DNA from: Actinomycetes bacterium | GTDB lineage: Bacteria > Actinomycetota > Acidimicrobiia > Acidimicrobiales > JAMCPL01 | Assembly: GCA_021846515.1 (NCBI GenBank) | Contig: JAJZWU010000003.1 | Span: forward strand, 27,266 to 91,265 | Reading direction: 5' to 3' | DNA length: 64,000 bases | In this document: positions 16,728 to 24,936 of the stretch, in pieces | How the letters are laid out: each line of letters begins with the position of its first letter | Position numbering within the stretch: the stretch's first letter is position 1 | Translations under genes and position numbers: made by a program | The notes under the pieces: generated by a model | Seen by the model: only the letters and a program-made list of their open reading frames with translations | The model's database searches: none | What the model was told of the DNA's origin: nothing

Positions 16728-18304
16728 TGGTCTATACCTCCGGTCGCATTGAGTGTGGGGTCATAACCATGTTCGACCAGTTCATCCAATGTCTGAGCTC
16801 GTAATGGAGCGCCCTCTGCAGCACGCCTATCGTAACCGGGTTTGAATATTTCGTTGGAAATAACCTGGACACCTTCTGCATCGATAATCTCGCGTACAGA
16901 GGAGACAAATCTTTGCCGCTTGGCTGCCCTGAAGTGTGGCCAATCTCGGTTTAATCGTTCTTCGCCTCTATGGCCATGAAGATCGTTTTGCCATTCATTT
17001 AGCCCTGTCGGCATGGCGCCTATTTTGCTGTCTGTGTAGTGGCCCTCATGGGGTTCGTTGCAATAATCTCTGTTGCTGGCATCATTGCTGTAGCAGTTGT
17101 TGATGTTTTCTTCGTCATCATGATTGTCAAGAGATACATCCAGAAAGATTACAAAATGGATGGCGCCCGCTATGAGGAGATTGGTAGCTTCTACGGGCAG
17201 ACGTTCCTGTGCTTGTATCGCATAGGATGCTATCCTTCTGAACACACCCTCAGACGAGTCGGCGTGTATTGTGCACATTGAACCCGACCTTCCCTGACTC
17301 ATGGCATTCAGCATTGGAATTATCTCGTCTCCAAGAACTTCTCCGACTATTACTCGGTCAGCGTTCATTCGCAGACTTCTCCTTACCAGCCTGCTCACCG
17401 TAATTTCTCCGGCTCCCTCAGCGTTTGCCTGTCTGGCTTCCATCGCAATCAGGTCGGGGTAGCGATCCGGCATCGTGTCCAGAGCGAGTTCGAACGCTTG
17501 TTCGATGGTAACGATTCGTTCTCGTGGAGGTATCTCATTGCATAATGCTCGCATTAGAGTAGTTTTGCCTGAGTTCATTGCTCCGGCTATGATCAGGTTC
17601 TTTCTTGCCCGTACGGCAGCACTCAGAAAAGATGCCAGTCCCTCGCTGAGCGTACCTCGTTCCACCAGGTCGTCCAGGGTCATCCCTATAAACCGGTGAC
17701 GGCGAATCGATAATACCGGATGTCTGGTAACAGACATTAGGGCAGATAATCTGCTTCCGCCCGGCAGGCGTAGATCCAGCTCTGGATGGGCGGTATCAAA
17801 ACGCCTTTCTGCATGACCCAATCGTGCAGCTGCATTCTGTATGATCGATATGAGCTCGTCGTTGCTTGATGCGATCGGAGGGTAGAGTATTTTGCTGCCG
17901 TCTTCACGGGTTACCCAGACGGTATCGTAGCCATTTACGTCTATGTTCTCGATGCGTTTGTCCTCTACCAACGCCTGCAATCTCCCGAGCCCAAAGAGGG
18001 AGTCGAGTACCTCCTGAGCCATTTGCTGCTCTTCGTCGGTACCCAGTGGATCCAGCCCACTGGCTATTCTCTGAGCAGATACCGACCTTAACCGTGCCAG
18101 TGCAATACTGCGCGCAAGCTCCTTACGATCTTCTATATCAAGGCCGGTGGACTCTTCTATGGCAATGTCTTCCGCTGCCTCGGCGCGGATCTTTTGTACC
18201 AAGTCGCCACGTTGAGCCATGTCCACAGTTCCTGTGGTCTTTTTACCAAGGATATCTGTGGTATCTTTCCTGTCCTGAAATGCGCGAGCTTGTATATCTG
18301 TCAT
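16724..18304 (-). CDS. tadA: TadA/CpaF secretion ATPase with an approx. 70-aa insertion near the C-terminus
   Basis: Walker A GAMNSGKTT, Walker B ADRVIVGEV, His box GSMCTIHADS. The insertion is aa about 391-463 (nt 16916-17134), between AIHFVIFLDVS and RQRFVSSVREI. Confidence 0.9.
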   Translation of the reverse strand: MTDIQARAFQDRKDTTDILGKKTTGTVDMAQRGDLVQKIRAEAAEDIAIEESTGLDIEDRKELARSIALARLRSVSAQRIASGLDPLGTDEEQQMAQEVLDSLFGLGRLQALVEDKRIENIDVNGYDTVWVTREDGSKILYPPIASSNDELISIIQNAAARLGHAERRFDTAHPELDLRLPGGSRLSALMSVTRHPVLSIRRHRFIGMTLDDLVERGTLSEGLASFLSAAVRARKNLIIAGAMNSGKTTLMRALCNEIPPRERIVTIEQAFELALDTMPDRYPDLIAMEARQANAEGAGEITVSRLVRRSLRMNADRVIVGEVLGDEIIPMLNAMSQGRSGSMCTIHADSSEGVFRRIASYAIQAQERLPVEATNLLIAGAIHFVIFLDVSLDNHDDEENINNCYSNDASNRDYCNEPHEGHYTDSKIGAMPTGLNEWQNDLHGHRGEERLNRDWPHFRAAKRQRFVSSVREIIDAEGVQVISNEIFKPGYDRRAAEGAPLRAQTLDELVEHGYDPTLNATGGIDQ

Positions 18305-19140
18305 GCTGACCTAATCGCGGTGGGTACATTGCTACTGTCTTCTGCCGGATCGCCGGGGAGCAAACTCATGTCTGTGCTTTCCGGGATAATATTTCTGTCA
18401 ATCGTTTCGAGATTATTGACCATTTCGTACGCAATGGTTGCAGAAGCTTTTATAAATTGTGACTTTGCAAATGTGGCGGTACTCCCCGGGTAGCCACATG
18501 CCACCGCGGCGCCCTGATTATCTACCGGCATTGAGCCGATCAGCTCTGCTTCAAGGGCATCCGCCAGTTCCCTGGGCTTGGCTCCTCCACTCCCGCACAT
18601 CACAACTTTTACGGGTGGTTCTCCCTGCCAACGATTTCGTGCGGTATTTATACGAGTAATCATGCTTTCGGCATGAGTTACCACTCTTGCATCAAGTGGA
18701 GAGACCATAATAGCAATATCAGCACGTTCCAATATGGCCATCTGGCTTTGCAGGGCAGGAGATACTCGCCCACAGTCAATAATAAGATCTATATCGTTGG
18801 TAGATATGGCTATCAGTTGGCTGAGTGCAACCACCTCCCTATCCAACGAAAGAGCTGCATCACTGTTAGGGGGACCTATCAGTACCTCCAGACCTCCCGG
18901 CAGGACTTGTACGTGCTGATCGATATCTAATATGCCGCTATTATTGCCCCTCGCAGAGAGCGCAAGAGTCATTAATCCCGGTGAATCTGGTAGCAGGAAT
19001 CGAGTACAGAGATCACCTCCGGCTGGGTCTGCCTCCATAATGACCACCCTACGATCCGTAGGCCATACTGCTCCAATCCCACATGCCAGAGTCGTCACAC
19101 CGGGAGAACCTTTTATGGAGAAGAGGGCTATGGTTCTCAT
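18301..19140 (-). CDS. tadZ: TadZ/CpaE-like ParA/MinD-fold protein with degenerate Walker A
   Basis: MRTIALFSIKGSPGVTTLACGIG...VIMEADPAGGDL. KGSPGVTT replaces KGGxGKTT, so the P-loop Lys is absent. It lies immediately upstream of tadA with an ATGA overlap. Confidence 0.6.
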   Translation of the reverse strand: MRTIALFSIKGSPGVTTLACGIGAVWPTDRRVVIMEADPAGGDLCTRFLLPDSPGLMTLALSARGNNSGILDIDQHVQVLPGGLEVLIGPPNSDAALSLDREVVALSQLIAISTNDIDLIIDCGRVSPALQSQMAILERADIAIMVSPLDARVVTHAESMITRINTARNRWQGEPPVKVVMCGSGGAKPRELADALEAELIGSMPVDNQGAAVACGYPGSTATFAKSQFIKASATIAYEMVNNLETIDRNIIPESTDMSLLPGDPAEDSSNVPTAIRSA

Positions 19141-20036
19141 CAGTTTGTCACCGGTCTTACTACCGTGACGGCTACCTGCCCTGCCGCCGAAGCATATGCT
19201 ATCTCCGGGGCCAGTGCAGAAGGTACCAAAAGTGATACCAGTACTTTTGAGGTCTGTGAAGATTGCGATCCCTGGGTCACGGCCATTACTCTTACCCCTG
19301 AGGCGAGAACATCTCCCGGCACTGCCGGTAACTGGCCAAGGGAGTTTGATGCACTCGATGTCGAGGGCGTGGCTGGCATGCCAGGCGTGGTAGTACCCGC
19401 ACCCGTGTTTGCAGTACCCGTTCCCATGCCACCGGCTGTACCTGGGGTCGTCCCGGTGCTGCCAACGCTACTGGTTGTAGCCGAATTCGTCACTGTGTTT
19501 CCTCCCACCGTAGGCTGCCCGCTTGCTTGAAACGCCGCCCCTGGCGCTCCCGTCAACACTACGTCGACGTACTCTCCCGGTTGTACGCCTGATGCCGGTT
19601 GCTGGCTTTGCCGTAGCCCTACTCCAACAAGCGATTCACCCGCAGGTGGCTGCCAACTTGAGGTTACATCTGCGCGGTTCAATATGCTGCCTGCAGGAAT
19701 TGTAACTGATGCAGACTTACCAATAATTGAAGGGGCAGCCGAAGCCGGTACTGTGCTTTCCTGCGCATTCATAGACATGTCGACGCTTTTCAGTGCGCTT
19801 ACCGTTATCTGGCTTCCGGCTGGAACTGTGTGTACGATCTCCAGGACTGCAGTCTTGTCGCTTGCATTTGCATACAGAGATGCAAATAGTACTCCACTGA
19901 CGACAATGATCAGAGCGGATGCTACCGCCAGAGCCGGTCTTCTGTTGGATCTCGTTGGCTTGAGTCTGAGTGCATTTGCCTCAGTTGTCCTGGATTCATT
20001 AACTGGCCGTACAAGGGTATTTCTTAGCGCATTCAT
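19140..20036 (-). CDS. cpaB: CpaB/RcpC-like pilus assembly protein (TM plus SAF-like domain) with Thr/Gly-rich insert
   Basis: TM ALAVASALIIVVSGVLFASLYA, then TAVLEIVHTVPAGSQITVSALKSV (SAF-like). Positioned upstream of tadZ. Confidence 0.6.
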   Translation of the reverse strand: MNALRNTLVRPVNESRTTEANALRLKPTRSNRRPALAVASALIIVVSGVLFASLYANASDKTAVLEIVHTVPAGSQITVSALKSVDMSMNAQESTVPASAAPSIIGKSASVTIPAGSILNRADVTSSWQPPAGESLVGVGLRQSQQPASGVQPGEYVDVVLTGAPGAAFQASGQPTVGGNTVTNSATTSSVGSTGTTPGTAGGMGTGTANTGAGTTTPGMPATPSTSSASNSLGQLPAVPGDVLASGVRVMAVTQGSQSSQTSKVLVSLLVPSALAPEIAYASAAGQVAVTVVRPVTN

Positions 20037-20037
20037 T

Positions 20038-20925
20038 TTATCCTCCTATGACCGATTCGATCTGTTCCACTTGGTACTGCATGGTTGCAGTAGTCGTCAG
20101 CGGAGACAACTCTCCACCACCGCTTACCCCCGATGAACTCCAATAAACATCCCACTCAATAGTTGCCTGGATTGTCGTTGTCCCTGCAGGATTGCCGCCA
20201 ATATCTGATTGTCCGCCACCGGGCAGCATGCGATAGATGTATGAGCAGCTTGTGCTCTGCTGCGATGCGGGGATCTCTGGGTTATACGGCGTGCCTGCGT
20301 TACTGCAATCAACTTCCTGCCCATTTCCCATTGACCAGGTAACAGAGACAGGGGTTGCTGTAGCAGTTGCACTCACCTTACCCGCACTTGCAGATGCACT
20401 GTAAGAATGCCATATGGAGGGATCTATCCAGAGCCATATCGGTAGGTTGATTACCCCATACATGGTTGGATTGATGCCGATTGCCGGGTTTGGCAACGTG
20501 ATACTGGAGGCGGCATCCTCTCCTACTACCTGAGGTGGCACTGATGGCTGCTGGCTTACGATGGTCGAAGGGACAAATTGCGGCCACTCACTGGTCACCT
20601 GTCCTCCAGGTGTAGCACAAACTACGATTTCCTCTGTTCCCTGTACTCCGCCCTGCGTAGCCGGTTGCTCATCTGTAGCAATGCACTTTATATTTGAGGG
20701 GTTTGTTGTAGACGTGGTGGTCGATGTGGTGGTGGATCCAGGTGCGCCCGGTGCGGTCGTCGTGGATGACGTATTTACGTTGATTGTCTTTCCTTTGGTC
20801 TCTGTGGCCCCGGCAGTTCCCTGGGTGCTGCCAGACGCAGTGGCCGCTACGGCAACCGGCGAGTGCGCTGCCGCCAGTATCACCACCAGTATAGTCGTGA
20901 TAATCCATAATATTACTTTTCGCAT
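20038..20925 (-). CDS. Secreted Thr-rich protein with Cys-containing C-terminal domain (unknown function), in the tad operon
   Basis: Signal peptide MRKVILWIITTILVVILAAAHSPVAVAA. TTTSTTTSTT linker. The C-terminal domain contains INLPIWLWIDPSIW...VSVTWSMGNGQEVDC. The start is taken at ATG 20925; the ORF extends to 20970. Confidence 0.5.
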   Translation of the reverse strand: MRKVILWIITTILVVILAAAHSPVAVAATASGSTQGTAGATETKGKTINVNTSSTTTAPGAPGSTTTSTTTSTTNPSNIKCIATDEQPATQGGVQGTEEIVVCATPGGQVTSEWPQFVPSTIVSQQPSVPPQVVGEDAASSITLPNPAIGINPTMYGVINLPIWLWIDPSIWHSYSASASAGKVSATATATPVSVTWSMGNGQEVDCSNAGTPYNPEIPASQQSTSCSYIYRMLPGGGQSDIGGNPAGTTTIQATIEWDVYWSSSGVSGGGELSPLTTTATMQYQVEQIESVIGG

Positions 20926-21668
20926 TGTTTTGTATTCCTTTCTGTTGCGCGATCTATTAAGTCTTCCCATGGTTGATTGCCTTCCTGTATCATCGTTGAA
21001 GTTATATACTCTGCAACTACGCCCAAACCGAATCCAGGCATTGGTTTGCCGGTGGTTGCCTTTACAGGTGTCTGACCTGCGGCAATACAGGCCTTTACGA
21101 CTGCACTTGTAACTACTGTGGATGCGAGGGGGTTATTTTGAGGCAATGCACCACCATTAGGGCCGGACGTTAGCTTTTTGCTGCTGATTGAGGTGACCAT
21201 TGCCCACACGATCTGGTTATTGCCGACCCCGATGTATCCTCTTGCTTTGGCGTTTTGCATCCACTTTTGTGTACTGGCCAGTTGTGCAGATCCCTCGTAT
21301 CTAACGAATGGTGGATAGTTCCAATCCATGGTGCGCATTGCCTGGTCGAAAGCTATCCATTTTGCATACCACGCGCTTAGGGCGGCTTCAGCCTCCGGAC
21401 CTTGTACTGCTACCAGGTTTTGGAATCCAGGTATAGATGTATTCACCGAGCTGACCGATATACTTGAGAGAGGTCTAACAGTCTCGGTACTGTTGGCGTC
21501 TCTATGTCGGTGCACGGCAGGGTTGTCTTTGTGCGATGCGCTCTGTCCACATGCCGCCAGCAGCACAGCCAGCGACATCATAGTAGCCGTAGCAGTGCGC
21601 AAGCGTGCAGCCCGTGCAGTCCTCAAGTAGCGTGCAGCCCATGGCCGTACTCGTCGTACGTTACGCAT
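20913..21668 (-). CDS. Putative lipoprotein (unknown function), first gene of the tad operon
   Basis: Lipobox-like MMSLAVLLAAC/GQS. The start is uncertain: ATG at 21731, 21668 or 21581. Confidence 0.45.
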   Translation of the reverse strand: MRNVRRVRPWAARYLRTARAARLRTATATMMSLAVLLAACGQSASHKDNPAVHRHRDANSTETVRPLSSISVSSVNTSIPGFQNLVAVQGPEAEAALSAWYAKWIAFDQAMRTMDWNYPPFVRYEGSAQLASTQKWMQNAKARGYIGVGNNQIVWAMVTSISSKKLTSGPNGGALPQNNPLASTVVTSAVVKACIAAGQTPVKATTGKPMPGFGLGVVAEYITSTMIQEGNQPWEDLIDRATERNTKQCEK

Positions 21669-22511
21669 CACGAATAACCGCCGTTGTTGCGCATGGACAT
21701 AGAGTCTTTTTACCGCCGAATGCAGCATCATATAGATTTTTCCGCCTTTACCTACTCAATTCGCCGTTAATTACTTTTATGGCAATGCGAGATCCGCTAT
21801 GGAGAACCTGCCGGTCACTACCGCCGAGACCGGCAAGTTCAACGAACCCCGCCACCACATTATGTAGCGGGCATACAGACGTATTTACATAGGATGGCAC
21901 CCTTGGTACTTCGCCAAATAGCGATTCGCCAAACATCCATGCAAATACGCGCACCCCGTAACAATTGATGTATAATAGCAATCTTGGATACTTGGTGCAA
22001 ATCCTTTGTACCAATCGATAATGGACCAATCTAATTACCCTAATTATCTCATTATTGATTGAGTTATCAGTCTGTATCAATTTACTTCTATACTCTTTAC
22101 CAGCATAAATATCTTTATATTGTCTGTAACGCATGTAGTAATCTTTACATACTCACCTATCTGACAACCTTGCTGGCAACCTCCCTGAGAGAGATTTAGG
22201 GCATAATTTATATTATCAAATCTTTATAACGTAAAAACATACGTCCTTATTATCATATAGCAAATAATCACAATACAACTACTATTCGATGTATTCATGC
22301 GAGGCGTATTGCCGGTAATATGGAGAGTAGCATTAACGCAAAAAGTGGTAGTTCCAGCACTTTCATCTCCGCTATCCTGATTCCAGCACTTCCGGTCTTT
22401 ATCCCTGGCTCTGTAGGGATTATATCTATTACAGATATTTTGCCTGGTGGCCATACAGGCTATGTACGTTTAAACAAGCAAACCCCTCTATTCTTTGCTA
22501 TTCTCTTCGGT

Positions 22512-23486
22512 GTGGAATTACTTTCTCATCGTAAACTTGCATTGGTCAGTGGTCGTTCGCATATGTCGCTATCAGAAGAAGTGGCAGAGTACATGAAGGT
22601 TATTTTGTCGGAGGCACATTTACGGGAATTCGCCAATGGTGAGATGCATTGTCGCTACGATTCGTCTATGCGTGGTACCGATGTATTTATAATCCAGACG
22701 CACAGCCGTAATGTAAATGACTCCCTGATGGAGCAGTTGATTATGATAGACGCAGCCAAGCGTGCATCTGCCAAGAGAATCACCGCTATTTGCCCGTATT
22801 ACGGCTACTCGCGACAGGATCGTAAGGCGACAGGACGTGAACCGATCACGGCCAAACTTGTTGCTGATATGTTACAGGTTGCCGGCGCCGACAGGGTGGT
22901 CAGCGTCGACCTTCACTCCGGCCAGATACAGGGGTTCTTTGACATCCCCTTTGATCACCTAACTGCTCTGCCGGTTCTCGAGGAAGAACTTCACCGGATG
23001 GATGGAGATGGTTTGGTAGTTGTTGCACCAGATGCAGGAAGAGTAAAGGTGGCGGAGCGCTACGGCCAACATCTCGGCGCCGATTTGGCGGTTGTCCACA
23101 AGCGCAGGCCAAAGGGATCGATGAATGAGGTAGAGGCACTGCAGGTGGTGGGTGACGTAGATGGCCGAAGGTGCGTGATCGTAGACGACATGATTGATAC
23201 GGCGGGAACCATCTGCGCGGCAGCAGAGTTGTTGGTAGATAGAGGGGCAAATGATGTATGGGCGATGGCGACACATCCGGTGCTATCTGATCCGGCTGCA
23301 GAAAGGCTGGACAAGTCTGTCATATCCAAGGTCATTGTAACCAATACTCTGCCTATTCCAGAGGAGAAGATGATTCCCAAGCTTCATGTAGTTTCTGTCG
23401 CCAAGCTTATAGCCGATGCCATAGAGGCGGTATTTTTGGATGCATCTGTATCTGAGATATTTGGTGGAGACAACTTAGCACTGTAA
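22512..23486 (+). CDS. prs: Ribose-phosphate pyrophosphokinase (PRPP synthetase)
   Basis: KLALVSGRSHMSLSEEVAEYM...FANGEMHCRYDSSMRGTDVFIIQTHS, ITAICPYYGYSRQDRK, and CVIVDDMIDTAGT (PRPP loop). A GTG start at 22512 gives the normal length of about 324 aa. The longer ORF from 22320 adds a non-homologous N-terminus. Confidence 0.9.
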   Translation: MELLSHRKLALVSGRSHMSLSEEVAEYMKVILSEAHLREFANGEMHCRYDSSMRGTDVFIIQTHSRNVNDSLMEQLIMIDAAKRASAKRITAICPYYGYSRQDRKATGREPITAKLVADMLQVAGADRVVSVDLHSGQIQGFFDIPFDHLTALPVLEEELHRMDGDGLVVVAPDAGRVKVAERYGQHLGADLAVVHKRRPKGSMNEVEALQVVGDVDGRRCVIVDDMIDTAGTICAAAELLVDRGANDVWAMATHPVLSDPAAERLDKSVISKVIVTNTLPIPEEKMIPKLHVVSVAKLIADAIEAVFLDASVSEIFGGDNLAL

Positions 23487-23640
23487 ATACCAGTTGGCCG
23501 ACTTTGCTGTTCCGGACACTCGGAGGATGCCTCATTACTGCCATTGCTATTGGAATGATGATACGAACCTTACCGCGGAGTAGATAATACGGCTTATAAT
23601 TTTCTAGTCACCTAGGTATGTATGCTAAAATTATACAACT

Positions 23641-24312
23641 ATGGCTGATATAAATTTGAAAGCAGAGACAGGCAGGCGGTTGGGCAGTAAAGAGAGCAGG
23701 CGGTTACGCCGTGAAGGAAAGATCCCCGGGGTACTCTACGGGAAAGGCATGGAATCCTGCTCGATACACATGGATGCCAAAGAATTGAGGAATGCGTTGC
23801 AGGGTGAAGCTGGCATAAACGCATTGCTGTCACTACAGGTGGACAGCAAATCTTATATGGCGATGGCCAAGGTCATTCAGCGTCATCCGGTCAAGGGAAA
23901 CGTTATACATGTGGACTTTCAGGTGACCGATCCCAATAAATCAGTTATCGTGGAAGTTCCTATTACGCTGGTAGGGCATTCATCCCAGTTGCAGATGGCC
24001 GGCGGTATGGTGGATCAGCAGCTCTTCAGTATAACGATTAAGGCGCGACCGGGAGAGATACCTCATGCAGTAGAGCTTGACATATCTCCGTTGCAACCCG
24101 GTGGATCGTTAAAGGTGTCGGACATAGAGATCCCAAGTGGTATAGAGATTGAGAGTAATCTTGATACCACGGTAGCCACAGGAGCATTGCCCAGAGGTGT
24201 CCGTGGCATGGAGGGTGAAGATGAGCAGACCGCAGGAGGAGCCACAGAGGCATCCGGTTCAGCTGAAGGTTCCATGGAAGAAGATCATTCTTCCTCAGAA
24301 AACGCCACCTGA
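23641..24312 (+). CDS. rplY: 50S ribosomal protein L25 / general stress protein Ctc (long form)
   Basis: GSKESRRLRREGKIPGVLYGKG N-terminal signature with an acidic C-terminal extension. It sits in the conserved prs-rplY-pth arrangement. Confidence 0.9.
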   Translation: MADINLKAETGRRLGSKESRRLRREGKIPGVLYGKGMESCSIHMDAKELRNALQGEAGINALLSLQVDSKSYMAMAKVIQRHPVKGNVIHVDFQVTDPNKSVIVEVPITLVGHSSQLQMAGGMVDQQLFSITIKARPGEIPHAVELDISPLQPGGSLKVSDIEIPSGIEIESNLDTTVATGALPRGVRGMEGEDEQTAGGATEASGSAEGSMEEDHSSSENAT

Positions 24313-24318
24313 GGCAGT

Positions 24319-24936
24319 TTGGGAATTTTAGGTCACCGCAAGCAGGCTCCACACATTAGTGGTTATCGCCCTGATGCAATCGTGGTTGGCTTGGGCAATC
24401 CAGGTACTGAGTACAGCAAAACCAGGCACAATGTGGGAAGCGATACTGTCGGTATTTTAGCTGGCAAGCTGGGGGTTAACTTTAAAAAAGATCGTTCATC
24501 CGGTTGTAGTTTGGCAAAAGCGACCAGGGGTGACAGGGTGGTGCTGTTGGCCATTCCCCTTGTATATATGAACGAGTCCGGAGTTTCAGCTAGATCCGTA
24601 TTGAAAATGTTTCCGTTGGATGACATGAGGTCGCTTGTTGTAGTACACGATGAGATGGATATAGAGCCAGGTAAAATCAAGATAACCGTGGGTGGTGGGG
24701 CTGCCGGGCATAACGGTATTAGATCAATTATGGATCATCTCCATAGCGGCGATTTCATTAGGGTACGGATAGGAATAGGGAGCCCGCCCAGCAGAGAGAC
24801 AGGAGCCAAGTATGTGCTCTCGCGACCGACAGGCGCCGACAGGGAATTGATAGACAGCGGTATCAGTAGGGCAGTAGAAGCAATAGAGTTAGTTGTATCG
24901 GAAGGTGTAGATGCTGCTATGAGGAGCTATAATTGA
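24319..24936 (+). CDS. pth: Peptidyl-tRNA hydrolase
   Basis: IVVGLGNPGTEYSKTRHNVG and GHNGIRSI motifs. TTG start at 24319 with a GAGG 4 nt upstream. Confidence 0.9.
   Translation: MGILGHRKQAPHISGYRPDAIVVGLGNPGTEYSKTRHNVGSDTVGILAGKLGVNFKKDRSSGCSLAKATRGDRVVLLAIPLVYMNESGVSARSVLKMFPLDDMRSLVVVHDEMDIEPGKIKITVGGGAAGHNGIRSIMDHLHSGDFIRVRIGIGSPPSRETGAKYVLSRPTGADRELIDSGISRAVEAIELVVSEGVDAAMRSYN

Noticed and set aside
19165-21112. Plus-strand ORFs within cpaB and the Thr-rich gene (19165-19530, 19684-20136, 20561-21112)
   Set aside because: They are antisense shadows of low-complexity Thr/Gly/Ala-rich coding sequence and have no independent start or RBS context.
21748-22134. 128-aa minus-strand ORF in the AT-rich tad upstream spacer
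   Set aside because: It has AT-rich, Tyr/Ile/Asn/Arg-biased composition, no RBS, and no motif. It is kept only as a caveat in the spacer finding.
22320-22511. 64-codon N-terminal extension of prs from ATG 22320
   Set aside because: Homology to PRPP synthetase begins at KLALVSG just after GTG 22512. The extension is hydrophobic, unrelated to Prs, and would make the protein atypically long.
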